Shown: positions 29,336-40,102, counted from the first letter of the whole stretch. The stretch is DNA of 63,992 nt, filler included, from 3 parts of 3 records of this genome joined end to end with filler, not necessarily neighbours in it, one strand, 5' to 3'. Notes: a model not told the origin generated them from the sequence alone. Made by a program: numbers and translations.

Positions 29336-29614
29336 TTACAGGATGTCGACTCTTTCTTTCAATTCCTTTCCGACCTTGAAAAAAGGGAGTTTCTTGCGGC
29401 CGACATTGATAATTTCCCCTGTCTTGGGGTTCCGGCCTTTGTAGCCTTCATAATTTTTCACTTTAAAACTGCCCAGTCCCCGGATTTCAACCCTCTCTTC
29501 GTTTATGAGGGCGTTTTCCATTTCTCCAAAGACCGTATTAACAACCTCCTCAGCCTTCCTCAAGGGTAAATCTTTTTCTTTGGCTAAGGCTTCAATCAAT
29601 TCTGACTTGTTCAT
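29336..29614 (-). CDS. ihfB: integration host factor beta subunit (HU/IHF family)
   Basis: MNKSELI...RVEIRGLGSF...GRNPKTGE...FKVGKELKERV; GGAGG RBS. Confidence 0.88.
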   Translation of the reverse strand: MNKSELIEALAKEKDLPLRKAEEVVNTVFGEMENALINEERVEIRGLGSFKVKNYEGYKGRNPKTGEIINVGRKKLPFFKVGKELKERVDIL

Positions 29615-30035
29615 TGTTCCTCCCGGATTACGTCTGAAAATACCCCATTCAGACATTTGCCCAAAAAACATAAAAGAGCTCTTGAGGGTTTGTGCGTCAT
29701 TTGGGCCACTAAATTATTGTCTGAAACCGAAACACAAAGAACCAACAGGTCCGTTGCTGCAAACGAATGGAAAAATAGAGGATCAGTCCTTGTAAGTCAA
29801 GGGAAAATCGATAAAAAACATCATTAATCCTGAACCTTCCAATATTGAAACCGAGGGAGATAGCGCGAGCCGTTTACTTTTTCTCGGTATTGAGATATAA
29901 ATCCCAAGAATCACAGACCCGATTATATCGGAAAAACGAACCAAAATCAACTGCCTTTTAAATAAAAGCAAGCCGGCAAAAAGCCTGGCCTTGTGACTTG
30001 AATTGGGAAGCGGAAACGCCTGGAAGGGAAATTAG

Positions 30036-30728
30036 ATGAACTTTGTAAATGTGATCACAATCGATGGTCCCGCAGGATCCGGCAAGAGTACGGTGAGCCG
30101 TCAACTTGCCGCCAGGATCGGCTATGCTTACCTGGACACCGGGGCCATGTACCGTGCCGTTGCCCTTGCCGCAAAGCGGGGGGGGGTCTCCGTGGATAAC
30201 CGCAGACAATTGGCACAATTGTGCGGTAATCTGAATCTGCGCTTTGTGTCGGAACAGGACCCGCCCAGACTGTTTATGGAGGATGAGGACATTTCGGAAA
30301 AGATTCGAAATCCGGAAATTGATATGCTTTCGTCAAACGTTTCCGCCGTCAAAGAAGTTCGGGAGGCCATGTGCCGCCTTCAAAGGAAGATGTCCTGCAA
30401 TGTCGACACGGGCCTGGTTGCTGAAGGGAGGGATATGGGCACCGTTGTTTTCCCCAATGCGCGGTTTAAATTCCTACTGACGGCTTCCCTTGAGGAAAGG
30501 GCTTCAAGACGCCATATGGAATTGCTGTCCCGTGGAAAGAGAATGGAAAAAACCATTGTTAAGAATAGCTTGAAAAGACGGGATGATCAGGATGAAAATC
30601 GAACCCTGGCCCCATTGAAGCCCGCACGCGATGCGGTTATTCTCGATTCCACGGGAATGGGAATTGAAGACGTGGTGCAATATATGATGAATCATATGGG
30701 AAATTCGCCGTTATTACGCTCCATTTGA
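30036..30728 (+). CDS. cmk: cytidylate kinase
   Basis: ITIDGPAGSGKST, LDTGAMYRA, EGRDMGTVVFP. Confidence 0.95.
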   Translation: MNFVNVITIDGPAGSGKSTVSRQLAARIGYAYLDTGAMYRAVALAAKRGGVSVDNRRQLAQLCGNLNLRFVSEQDPPRLFMEDEDISEKIRNPEIDMLSSNVSAVKEVREAMCRLQRKMSCNVDTGLVAEGRDMGTVVFPNARFKFLLTASLEERASRRHMELLSRGKRMEKTIVKNSLKRRDDQDENRTLAPLKPARDAVILDSTGMGIEDVVQYMMNHMGNSPLLRSI

Positions 30729-30820
30729 GGAAATAAGTTGTAATCCCGTTATAGGTTTGATAGTTAAATAATCCAGATATTTTGTTAAGGCACGCAGACT
30801 CAAGGGGGGTTATCAGGTTA

Positions 30821-32743
30821 ATGGAAAAAACAACTGACTTCTTAACTCAAAACGAAATAGTAGCTGCCGATGATGAAACGGTGTCCGATAATGATGATCA
30901 GGTGATCTACGAGGATGGACCCGGCTCTGACGGGGCCCAGGGCATGGATCCGCTGGATGATGACGCTGCCGAGGATATGGATGCGGACAACTTCATGAAA
31001 ATGTATGAAGAAAGCTTGAAGAGCATTCAAGAAGGCGAAGTGGTCACAGGGGAAATCGTTCAGGTGGACAAAGAGTATGTGCTGGTTGATATCGGCTATA
31101 AGTCGGAAGGCCAGATTTCCATTCATGAATTCCTTGATGACCGGGGGCGCGTTTGCGCAAAAGTGGGAGACAAGGTTGAGGTTCTCCTGGAAAAAAGAGA
31201 GGATGATGAAGGGGTCATCCGCCTCTCCAAGGAAAAAGCCGCGAAAATCAAAATCTGGGATCAGATCAAGGCCATTTACGAAAGCAACGGTACGGTTCGG
31301 GGGAGAATCGTTTCCAGGGTTAAGGGTGGGCTGTCGGTGGACATCGGTCTTCAAGCTTTTCTACCCGGGTCTCAGGTGGATCTCAGACCGGTCCGGGATA
31401 TGGACATTTTGGTGGATACGGACCATGAGTTCAAAATTGTTAAATACAATAAACGTCGGGGTAATATTGTTTTGTCCCGTCGTGCCATACTTGAAGCGGA
31501 ACGTGCCGCCCTCAAAGAGGAAACGCTCAAGATCATCGAGGAAGGGACCGTATTGACAGGGGTGGTGAAAAACATCACCGATTATGGGCTTTTTATAGAT
31601 CTGGGCGGGATTGATGGCCTTGTTCACATTACGGATATGTCCTGGGGCCGTGTGGGACACCCTTCCGAAATGCATCGGGTCGGCGATGAAATCCAAGTCA
31701 AGGTATTGAGTTTTGACCGGGTGAAGGAGCGGGTCTCTCTGGGGATTAAACAATTGGCACCGGACCCATGGAGCCAGGTAACGGAAAAATATCCCATCGG
31801 CGAAAAAATCGCAGGACGTGTTGTCAGCCTTACGGATTACGGTGCTTTCGTGGAAGTGGAACAGGGTGTTGAAGGGCTCATTCATGTGTCCGAGATGTCA
31901 TGGACCCGTAAAATTCGGCACCCTTCACAGATCCTGAATGTGGGCGATACGGTCAATGTCATTGTCCTGAATATGGATGTTTCAAGGAAACGTATTTCAC
32001 TGGGCATGAAACAGGTGGAACCCAACCCCTGGGATGTCATCGAAGAGAAATATCCGGTGGGGACCACCATCGAGGGAAAAATCAAGAACATTACGGATTT
32101 CGGAACTTTCATAGGTATTGATGAAGGGATAGACGGGCTCGTTCACATTTCCGATATGAGCTGGACCAAACGGATCAAGCACCCTTCGGAATTGTACAAA
32201 AAGGGGGAGGCCGTTCAGGCTGTGGTCCTCAATATCGACAAGGAAAATGAGCGGTTTTCCCTGGGAATTAAGCAGTTGGCCTCCGACCCCTGGGATGAAA
32301 TTCCCATAAAATACAAACCCGGAACCCGTGTCACGGGAACAGTGACCAACATTACCGATTTCGGGCTGTTTATCGAACTGGAAGAAGGTATCGAAGGGCT
32401 GGTCCATGTTTCTGAAATTTCGGGCGATAAACGGGGAAATCCCCTGTCCCGCTTTCAAGTGGACGACGTGATCCAAACCAAGGTCATCAATGTTTCGCGC
32501 CGAGAAAAGAAAATCGGCTTGTCCATCCGCAAGCTGGAGCAAACCAGTGAAAAAGAGATTTTCAAAAGTTACGTTAACAACCGCAAGGAAGCCACCTCAA
32601 ACCTGGGCGAGTTATTGCGGGAAGAAATGATGAATCTTGAGCGTCAAGCCGTACCGGAAGATGTTCATTCGAAAGAAACCCGAAACCTTGGTGAAATGCC
32701 GAACGAGGGCGGCAGCGAAAAAGCGTCTTCCAAAAAAGGCTGA
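30821..32743 (+). CDS. rpsA: 30S ribosomal protein S1
   Basis: Six S1 repeats (VKNITDYGLFIDLGGIDGLVH and similar). Confidence 0.96.
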   Translation: MEKTTDFLTQNEIVAADDETVSDNDDQVIYEDGPGSDGAQGMDPLDDDAAEDMDADNFMKMYEESLKSIQEGEVVTGEIVQVDKEYVLVDIGYKSEGQISIHEFLDDRGRVCAKVGDKVEVLLEKREDDEGVIRLSKEKAAKIKIWDQIKAIYESNGTVRGRIVSRVKGGLSVDIGLQAFLPGSQVDLRPVRDMDILVDTDHEFKIVKYNKRRGNIVLSRRAILEAERAALKEETLKIIEEGTVLTGVVKNITDYGLFIDLGGIDGLVHITDMSWGRVGHPSEMHRVGDEIQVKVLSFDRVKERVSLGIKQLAPDPWSQVTEKYPIGEKIAGRVVSLTDYGAFVEVEQGVEGLIHVSEMSWTRKIRHPSQILNVGDTVNVIVLNMDVSRKRISLGMKQVEPNPWDVIEEKYPVGTTIEGKIKNITDFGTFIGIDEGIDGLVHISDMSWTKRIKHPSELYKKGEAVQAVVLNIDKENERFSLGIKQLASDPWDEIPIKYKPGTRVTGTVTNITDFGLFIELEEGIEGLVHVSEISGDKRGNPLSRFQVDDVIQTKVINVSRREKKIGLSIRKLEQTSEKEIFKSYVNNRKEATSNLGELLREEMMNLERQAVPEDVHSKETRNLGEMPNEGGSEKASSKKG

Positions 32744-32770
32744 ATTTAAACGTTAGAAGAACGTGTACCC

Positions 32771-33685
32771 ATGGCAAAAAAAAGCCGCCCGCTATTGATC
32801 GTACTGATTATCCTTCTGGGTGCGGCCGTTGTATTGGGCGGCACACTGCTCCTGGTGCTTCATTTTTTCAGCCCGTCCGCAACGGTACTCTTCAAAGAAA
32901 AAATCGGTGTCGTCTCCATAACCGGGACCATCGCTTCTTCCAAAAAAATTTCCTCCCAACTGGTTAAGTTTGCCGAGGATGAGAGCATCAAGGCGATCAT
33001 CCTGCGGATCAACTCACCGGGGGGTGGGGTGGGGGCGACCCAGGAAATCTATCGTGAGGTGCAGAAGATCGTTTCTCGAAAGCCGGTTGTGGCATCCATG
33101 GGTTCCGTTGCTGCCTCCGGTGGGTATTATGTGGCGGCGCAGGCAACCAAGATCGTGTCCAATCCGGGGACCATTACCGGGAGTATCGGCGTATTTATCC
33201 AATTTGTTCGCCTTGAGGAACTGCTTGATAAAATCGGTGTTGATCTTGAAATCGTCAAAAGTGGTGAGTTCAAGGATATGGGCTCCCCGGATCGAAAACT
33301 GACCGGAAAAGACCGGGAAATACTGGATGCGCTGATCAAGGATTTGCAGGGACAGTTCGTATCCGCTGTGGTTTCCGGTCGAAATCTCTCAGCGGAAAAG
33401 GTACGGGAAATTGCGGATGGTCGTATCTTCTCTGGTGCCCGCGCCAAAGATCTGGGCCTGGTTGATTTCATGGGAAATTTCCAGGATACCGTTGACATTA
33501 CCAAGAAACTTCTCGGCATCAAGGGAGACGTGGCGCTGGTTTATCCGAAAAAAAGCGCCGGGGAATTGTGGAATCTGTTTCTGGAGTCAAGTGCCGGGCA
33601 CATCGCAGGGGCCCTGGCCGAGAAGGGGGGCAGGGCGGAATACCGATGGAATGGGCTCGCCGGCCCATCTAGCGGAAGCTACTGA
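32771..33685 (+). CDS. sppA: signal peptide peptidase SppA (36K type)
   Basis: LRINSPGG, AASGGYY, TITGSIGV, KSGEFKD. Confidence 0.93.
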   Translation: MAKKSRPLLIVLIILLGAAVVLGGTLLLVLHFFSPSATVLFKEKIGVVSITGTIASSKKISSQLVKFAEDESIKAIILRINSPGGGVGATQEIYREVQKIVSRKPVVASMGSVAASGGYYVAAQATKIVSNPGTITGSIGVFIQFVRLEELLDKIGVDLEIVKSGEFKDMGSPDRKLTGKDREILDALIKDLQGQFVSAVVSGRNLSAEKVREIADGRIFSGARAKDLGLVDFMGNFQDTVDITKKLLGIKGDVALVYPKKSAGELWNLFLESSAGHIAGALAEKGGRAEYRWNGLAGPSSGSY

Positions 33686-34298
33686 CATCACCTTTACCTT
33701 CCCGGATGATTTCCGGTCGGTCGTCCATGAGGCTTACAACACTTGAAGGGTTTTGATAAAGCATGCCGCCGTCGATGATGGCGTCAAGATTGGCACCATA
33801 CGCCTCCCCAATGTCATAAGGGTCGTCGAAGCCGGCGCTGGTGCTGATGATGGGCCGGCCCAGGGTACGAACAAGGGCGCGGGTTATGTTGTTGTCCGGC
33901 ACGCGGATCCCCACGGTTTTTCTTTTGGTTAACATGATCTTGGGAACCAGGCGGGTGCCTTCCAGGATAAAGGTATATGGACCCGGTAAGAGCCGTTTCA
34001 TGGTTTTATAGGCATAGTTGCTCACCAGGGCGTATTTGCTGATTTCGTTCAAGCTGTCGCAGACGAAAGAGAAGGGTTGCTTCAGGGGACGGTTTTTCAA
34101 CCTGTAAATATGTTGTATCCCTTTTTTATTGAAAAGGTCGCAGCCGATCCCGTAAAATGTATCCGTGGGATAGGAAATAACGCCCCCTTCATCCAGGATT
34201 TGACTTACGCGGTTGATGTGGCGCTGCTGCGGGTTATCCGAATGAATGGAAAGAAATAATACCTTTTTTTTTGCGCCCGTTTTTTTGGGAGGGGACAT
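33669..34298 (-). CDS. Sua5/YciO/YrdC family protein (YciO-like)
   Basis: YPTDTFYGIGCD, LPGPYTFIL, VGIRVPD, ISTSAG (no SAN motif). Confidence 0.85.
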   Translation of the reverse strand: MSPPKKTGAKKKVLFLSIHSDNPQQRHINRVSQILDEGGVISYPTDTFYGIGCDLFNKKGIQHIYRLKNRPLKQPFSFVCDSLNEISKYALVSNYAYKTMKRLLPGPYTFILEGTRLVPKIMLTKRKTVGIRVPDNNITRALVRTLGRPIISTSAGFDDPYDIGEAYGANLDAIIDGGMLYQNPSSVVSLMDDRPEIIREGKGDVSSFR

Positions 34299-34325
34299 TT
34301 TTTTATTGCCTTTAGTCTATTTCGT

Positions 34326-35102
34326 GTGAATATGGATTTCGTCTTATGCCTTTTTTCCGTCTTGTTGGGACTCTGCCTGGGGAGTTTTGCAAATGTATGT
34401 ATTTACCGTATTCCCCTGAACAAGTCAATCGTCCATCCCCCATCCTCATGCCCCCAGTGTGGCCATAAGATTCGATTTTACGACAACATTCCCGTGATCA
34501 GCTACCTTTGCCTCATGGGCCGCTGCAGACAATGCAGGGCGTTCATCTCCCGGCGGTATCCTCTGGTGGAGATTTTGATGGGGTTACTGAGCCTGTCGCT
34601 CTTTATCAGATTCGGTTTTCAGTTACAAACCATTCCATGGCTGCTGTTTTCCGGAACCCTTGTGATCTTAAGCTTTATCGATTTTGATCACAAAATTTTG
34701 CCGGACGTTTTGACCTTGCCGGGCATTGCGGCGGGATGCCTGGTATCGTTTTTGCCGGGCGGTATTACCTGGGCCGATTCTTTCATCGGCCTGGTGGCAG
34801 GCGGGGGATCACTCTATCTGGTGGCGACCGTTTACGCCCGCATTACGGGAAGGGAGGGCTTAGGCGGCGGTGACATAAAGCTCCTGGCCATGATCGGCGC
34901 ATGGATGGGGTGGCAGTCTCTGCCGCTCATCGTTTTGATGTCATCGTTAAGCGGTGCCGTTATCGGTTCCGGTTTTATCCTGGTTGGCGGAAAGGGTGCG
35001 CGCACCCAGATCCCCTTTGGCCCTTTCCTTTCATTGGGCGCCCTTTCATACCTTTTTTTCGGCCGCCAGATATCACTATGGTATTTTGGTCTCTTTGTCT
35101 AA
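34326..35102 (+). CDS. pilD: prepilin peptidase / N-methyltransferase
   Basis: GSFANVCIYRIP, two CxxC pairs, GGGDIKL, IPFGPFL. Confidence 0.93.
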   Translation: MNMDFVLCLFSVLLGLCLGSFANVCIYRIPLNKSIVHPPSSCPQCGHKIRFYDNIPVISYLCLMGRCRQCRAFISRRYPLVEILMGLLSLSLFIRFGFQLQTIPWLLFSGTLVILSFIDFDHKILPDVLTLPGIAAGCLVSFLPGGITWADSFIGLVAGGGSLYLVATVYARITGREGLGGGDIKLLAMIGAWMGWQSLPLIVLMSSLSGAVIGSGFILVGGKGARTQIPFGPFLSLGALSYLFFGRQISLWYFGLFV

Positions 35103-35122
35103 TCGTTAAAAAACCTGCAATC

Positions 35123-36706
35123 ATGGAGAGCCGGTTTCAAATGGAGGTTGGCAATTTGCGGATTCCCTTCATCTTCAGCCGCTTGAAAACGGTCATCATG
35201 ACCAGCCTGGCGTTTTTAATCCTGTCCGCCATGTTACTCATCCATGTGGTGACGGCCAAACTGAATGAGCGGGATCTCATCAATGCGCGCATACAAACCG
35301 GTCGTTTATTGCTCCAATCCGTGAGCATTATGGTATCAGATCAACAATTGATCCCAAATGGGGACCGGCAAAAGAAACCCTTGAGAAAGGATTTCGGCGG
35401 GCATATGGTATCCTTGCTTCATATGGGTGAATTTTCCGGTATTATGATCAAAGACAATATGGGTTCAATGGTGTTTTCCCATGGTCCGTGGGGTGATCAA
35501 TATCCCATACAACATACCGAAATTCCTGAATCCGCCGGGGCCATCCGTATTGATTTTACCGGAAGGACCTGGGGGTTGTTCTGGTACGCCCCTGAAAAGG
35601 TAATCCTTGCAGTACCTTTATGGGTTAAGGGACGTTTTGCGGGATCGGTTGCCGTGTTTTCCGATTTGAGACCGCTCTATGAAAAAATAAGAGCCTCCGA
35701 ACCCATCATTATGGCATATATCGGTATGAATGCGCTGATACTGGTTCTTTTCGGCATCCATATGCTCTCTCGAACCGTGGTCAGGCCCATCAATCGACTG
35801 GTTGAAGAGACCGAAAGGTATGACGGTGCCATTCCCACCCTGCAAAAAGGGGAAACGCCCAACAACGAAATCGGCCGGCTTTCACAATCCCTGAATCGCA
35901 TGTTGCGGCAGCTCGATGCCGATGAACGGAAGCTCAAGGAGAATATATCATCCCTTGAGATCGCCAATGAGGAAATCAAGAAAACCCGGGATGAAATGGT
36001 GAAATCTGAAAAAATGGCCTCGGTGGGTCGTCTTGCCACCGGGGTAGCCCACGAAATCGGCAATCCGCTGGGTATTATCCTGGGATATATCGAACTGCTT
36101 CAGAGGGAAGATCTCACCGGCACGGAACGGAAGGATTTCCTGAACAGGATGGAATCGGAGATGACCCGTATTCATCGCATTATCAGGGATCTCCTGGATT
36201 TTTCAAGGCCATCGACTGCCGATCGGCATGATACCGATGCCCATGAAATCCTGGAAGAGGTCCTGACCATTTTAAGCCCGCAGCCCCTCTTTGAAAAGAT
36301 TCACATCAAGCGATTCCTCAAAGCTGAATCAGTCATTGTGAAATTGGCTCAAGATTCATTGAAACAGGTTTTTTTAAACATCATTATCAATGCAGCCGAT
36401 GCCATGGATGATGCGCACAATAACCCCGATGATTTAGCGGAACCGATTTTGACCCTTGAGAGTTTTAACGAAAATGGATTTCTGATCATGCGGTTTTCAG
36501 ACACGGGATGCGGCATTGGCCCGGATGAAATAAAGCGTATCTTTGATCCGTTTTTTACAACCAAAGAGCCCGGAAAGGGCACCGGTTTAGGCCTTTCCAT
36601 CTGCTATACAATGATGGATCGGGCGGGTGGCGGAATTCATGCGGAAAGCGAACCGGGCGGGGGGACCACCGTGATTCTTCATATACCCCTTGGCAATAAT
36701 CAATAA
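35123..36706 (+). CDS. membrane sensor histidine kinase (HAMP-HisKA-HATPase, NtrB/PilS-like)
   Basis: Two TMs, VAHEIGNPL H-box, DTGCGI, FDPFFTTKEPGKGTGLGL. Start is approximate. Confidence 0.9.
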   Translation: MESRFQMEVGNLRIPFIFSRLKTVIMTSLAFLILSAMLLIHVVTAKLNERDLINARIQTGRLLLQSVSIMVSDQQLIPNGDRQKKPLRKDFGGHMVSLLHMGEFSGIMIKDNMGSMVFSHGPWGDQYPIQHTEIPESAGAIRIDFTGRTWGLFWYAPEKVILAVPLWVKGRFAGSVAVFSDLRPLYEKIRASEPIIMAYIGMNALILVLFGIHMLSRTVVRPINRLVEETERYDGAIPTLQKGETPNNEIGRLSQSLNRMLRQLDADERKLKENISSLEIANEEIKKTRDEMVKSEKMASVGRLATGVAHEIGNPLGIILGYIELLQREDLTGTERKDFLNRMESEMTRIHRIIRDLLDFSRPSTADRHDTDAHEILEEVLTILSPQPLFEKIHIKRFLKAESVIVKLAQDSLKQVFLNIIINAADAMDDAHNNPDDLAEPILTLESFNENGFLIMRFSDTGCGIGPDEIKRIFDPFFTTKEPGKGTGLGLSICYTMMDRAGGGIHAESEPGGGTTVILHIPLGNNQ

Positions 36707-36719
36707 GAGGAGATTTGTT

Positions 36720-38090
36720 GTGCCGGAAAGACGAGTGTTGGTGATTGATGACGAAGAAAACATGCGTCATATGCTAAAATTTATCTTGGAAAAGGAGCTT
36801 TATATTGTTTCATGTGCTGAAGACGGTTTGACGGCCCTTGAGTGCATGGATCAGGATAATTATGACTATATTCTCTGTGACATCAGGATGCCGCGCATGG
36901 ACGGCATGGCCTTTCTGAAGAAGGCCATCCTGAAATATCCCGAGAAGACCTACATTATGATGTCTGCTTACGGCACCGTTGACACAGCCCTTGAGGCCAT
37001 TAAGAAAGGTGCATACGACTATATTTCGAAACCGTTTAAAACGGATGAAGTCCTTTTGACCCTCAAAAAAGCGGAAGAACGCGAACGACTGAAAACGGAA
37101 AACCTGGATCTCAAGAAGAAGATGGAACAGGTCCAAAACAAATATTCCTTTGGCAGCATCGTGGCCAGAAGCGAAGCCATGGCAAAGGTCTTTGACCTGG
37201 TCGGGAAAGTTGCGGAACATAAAACCACCGTATTGATTACCGGCGAGAGTGGTACGGGAAAAGAATTGATCGTCAAGGCGATTCACTCCCATGGAAAGAG
37301 GAAGGAAGGTTCGTTGGTCTCCATCAATTGCGGCGGCATACCCGAAAACCTTCTTGAAAGCGAATTGTTCGGCTATAAGAAGGGGGCGTTTACCGATGCA
37401 ACCCGAGACAAACCCGGCCGATTTGATGAGGCCCACAAGGGGACTCTGTTCCTGGATGAAATCGGGGAATTGCCGTTCTCCCTGCAGGTGAAGCTGTTGC
37501 GGGTATTGCAGGAAGAAGAGATAAACCCCCTTGGGGGAAGCGGCGCCAGAAAAGTTGACGTGCGGGTTATTGCAGCCACATCCAAGGATCTGGCCAAAGA
37601 GGTTGAACGGGGGAATTTCAGAGAAGACCTTTATTACCGCATCAATGTCTGGCGTATCCATCTCCCCCCCTTGAGAGAACGGAGAGGCGATCTTTCCCTA
37701 TTAACCGGGTACTTCGTGGATCAATTCAACAACAAACTGGGAAAAACCGTTGAAGGGCTTTCTTCAGAGGCCATGGGCATGATCATGGATTATCATTGGC
37801 CGGGGAATGTGAGGGAGTTGGAAAATACCATTGAGCGGGCGGTTCTGCTGTCAACGGGCCCATGGATAACGCCTGAGGATCTTCCCTCCAGCCTGCTGAA
37901 AAACCGAAATTCCCTTGAGGAGATCGATGGATCCGAACCGCTTTCCATCAAGCGGGCCACAAGACGTCTGCAGCGGGACTTCATGGCGAAAGCGCTCAAG
38001 AGAACGGGGGGTAACAAAACCCAGGCCGCCAAACTGCTTGAGATCAGTCGTCCCATGCTCATATCAAAGATAAAGGAATACGGTTTGTAG
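36720..38090 (+). CDS. sigma54-dependent response regulator (NtrC/PilR family)
   Basis: REC domain, GESGTGKE, GAFTDA, FLDEIGE, C-terminal Fis HTH; GTG start after GAGGAG. Confidence 0.93.
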   Translation: MPERRVLVIDDEENMRHMLKFILEKELYIVSCAEDGLTALECMDQDNYDYILCDIRMPRMDGMAFLKKAILKYPEKTYIMMSAYGTVDTALEAIKKGAYDYISKPFKTDEVLLTLKKAEERERLKTENLDLKKKMEQVQNKYSFGSIVARSEAMAKVFDLVGKVAEHKTTVLITGESGTGKELIVKAIHSHGKRKEGSLVSINCGGIPENLLESELFGYKKGAFTDATRDKPGRFDEAHKGTLFLDEIGELPFSLQVKLLRVLQEEEINPLGGSGARKVDVRVIAATSKDLAKEVERGNFREDLYYRINVWRIHLPPLRERRGDLSLLTGYFVDQFNNKLGKTVEGLSSEAMGMIMDYHWPGNVRELENTIERAVLLSTGPWITPEDLPSSLLKNRNSLEEIDGSEPLSIKRATRRLQRDFMAKALKRTGGNKTQAAKLLEISRPMLISKIKEYGL

Positions 38091-38141
38091 GCGCTTACGG
38101 TAAAAAAACGTTGGCTGTGAATGGAAAGCCGCGAAAGGCTG

Positions 38142-39113
38142 CTATATCATTAATTTTTTAAAAATTGCTTTATCCGGGACCGTCGCGGTCAGGATCCGGT
38201 TTACACCGGGCCCCACAACCCGGACGTCCTGAACTTCCCCTTCATGGGCATCGCTGTATGAGAGGGTGATTTGGACCGCCGGATCAATGGCTTCGTTTAA
38301 TAAATCTCCCGACATCAAAACGGCGGGTCCCGGAACCGAAACGGTATTCAGGAGGATGTCCCCTTTTACCGCAAGGCTCCTGAGTTTTTCATTCTCCCGT
38401 TTATTGCGGCCCACCACGATTTTCACATGGTCATTCAACCTGAAATGTCTTCCCAGTTTCAAGGATTCCAGTTGATTGACAATAACTTTGGGATTTGAGG
38501 CGAGCAGGTCCTTTAAACGGCGTGAAAACCCCCTCTCCGTCAGCAGACATCCCCCTGCCGGAGAAGGATAGCCTTTCATCTCCAGGTCGGCTGCCATGCC
38601 CATCTGCGGTTTTCTGGAACGTCCCTGGAATCCTTTTAGATTTTCTCTGATGATCCAGCCTTCTTTTTCAGGAATGGTGGGGGGGAGACATTTTGCCGAC
38701 AGGGGCCGAAGCAGCAGTCCGTTCAACCCGCTCTCTTTTGCAACCAGCGCCAGGGCCTTCTTGTTTTGGCTCATGGGCCTCTGTCCCATGACCTCTCCGC
38801 TGAAAACGAAGGCGGCGTCCTCCCATTCAAGCATTTCGCCCGCAATGCGGAACATGAGGGCGTGGCAGTCGATACAGGGGTTCATGTTGCCGCCGTAACC
38901 GTGTTTCGGGTGCTTGACCACCTCAAGATGCCGCTTCGTGATATCCACCGCTTTAAAGGGGAGGTCCATGGATCGGGCTGAAACCATGGCACGATCAGCG
39001 TTAAAAAAGGGCGTTTCAAAAAAAAGGGCCAGAACGTCAATGCCCTGTGCCCGTATGAGTTCAGCCGCCAGCATACTGTCGAGGCCGCCTGAAAAAACAG
39101 AGAGTGCTTTCAT
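38142..39113 (-). CDS. PP-loop ATPase, ThiI/MnmA-like putative tRNA thiolase
   Basis: SGGLDS, NPCIDCH, GEVMGQRPMSQ, PAGGCLLT. Confidence 0.75.
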   Translation of the reverse strand: MKALSVFSGGLDSMLAAELIRAQGIDVLALFFETPFFNADRAMVSARSMDLPFKAVDITKRHLEVVKHPKHGYGGNMNPCIDCHALMFRIAGEMLEWEDAAFVFSGEVMGQRPMSQNKKALALVAKESGLNGLLLRPLSAKCLPPTIPEKEGWIIRENLKGFQGRSRKPQMGMAADLEMKGYPSPAGGCLLTERGFSRRLKDLLASNPKVIVNQLESLKLGRHFRLNDHVKIVVGRNKRENEKLRSLAVKGDILLNTVSVPGPAVLMSGDLLNEAIDPAVQITLSYSDAHEGEVQDVRVVGPGVNRILTATVPDKAIFKKLMI

Positions 39114-39130
39114 AGGCAATAATGATCTTT

Positions 39131-40036
39131 CTATAATTCGGCCTGTGCCAGCGAAGTCACCAGGTTTTTTTGCTCGTCGGTCAACTCTTTGGGAACATCA
39201 ATATTGATTTCGACATAAGCGTTCCCCTTGCCCGAACCGTTGTAGCGGGGCAAACCGAAGTTCTTGAGTCTGAATTTGGCGTTATCCTGGGTCCCGGCCG
39301 GAATCTTCAGCTTGAGTATTTTCTTCTCCAGGGTGGGAACCTCGATGTCCGCTCCCAGAACAGCCTGTGAAAACCGGATCTTCTGCTTCAGATACAGATC
39401 GGCATCCTCACGCCTGAAGAGGGGGTGGGCGATCTCTTTGATCTGAATATAGAGATCGCCGGAGGCCCCCCCATAGGGTCCCGGCTGGCCTTTTCCCTGC
39501 AATCTCAGTTTTTGGCCGCCCTTTATGCCGGCGGGCACTTTTACGGAAACCTGTTCCTGCCGGCCGTTGATCTGATAGGTGATGGTCTTGCTGGTGGGTT
39601 TTGTAAGTTCTTCCAGGTTCATGGGGAGCTCATAAATCAGATTCTGGCCCTTCATCCGCTGTTGGCGGTTTTGAAACCCGTCGAATCCCCTTGAGCCGTA
39701 ACCACTTCCAAAAGGACTCCCCTGGCCCGCACCGCCTCTTCCAAAACCGAATTCCTTGAAAATACTGCCCAGATCAAAGTCCCTGAAAATATCCTCCTGG
39801 GAGAACCGGTTTTGAAACCCTTCCGCTCCGAACATATCGTACTGTTGTTTTTTTTCAGGATCACGGAGCACGGCATACGCTTCATTAAGATCCTTGAATT
39901 TCGCTTCAGCGGATTTGTTCCCTTCGTTATGGTCCGGGTGGTATTTCAGCGCCAGCTTGCGGTACGATTTCTTGATTTCTGCAGGGGAGGCTGATTTATC
40001 GACCCCAAGAATTTTATAATAATCTTTTCCGGGCAT
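39131..40036 (-). CDS. DnaJ class B co-chaperone (CbpA-like)
   Basis: DYYKILGV, HPD motif, G/F region and DnaJ_C; no Zn finger. Confidence 0.9.
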   Translation of the reverse strand: MPGKDYYKILGVDKSASPAEIKKSYRKLALKYHPDHNEGNKSAEAKFKDLNEAYAVLRDPEKKQQYDMFGAEGFQNRFSQEDIFRDFDLGSIFKEFGFGRGGAGQGSPFGSGYGSRGFDGFQNRQQRMKGQNLIYELPMNLEELTKPTSKTITYQINGRQEQVSVKVPAGIKGGQKLRLQGKGQPGPYGGASGDLYIQIKEIAHPLFRREDADLYLKQKIRFSQAVLGADIEVPTLEKKILKLKIPAGTQDNAKFRLKNFGLPRYNGSGKGNAYVEINIDVPKELTDEQKNLVTSLAQAEL

Positions 40037-40102
40037 GGTTTTTGGGTGTTTGGGGTTAAAAAAAGGGTTTTTGTTTTTACCCGGAAAAATTAATCACAAG
40101 GC

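Noticed and set aside
34901..35122. N-terminal extension of the sensor kinase (also extensions of 56813-58207 and 61489-62979)
   Set aside because: They overlap upstream genes, and downstream starts with RBS or coupling fit the families better.
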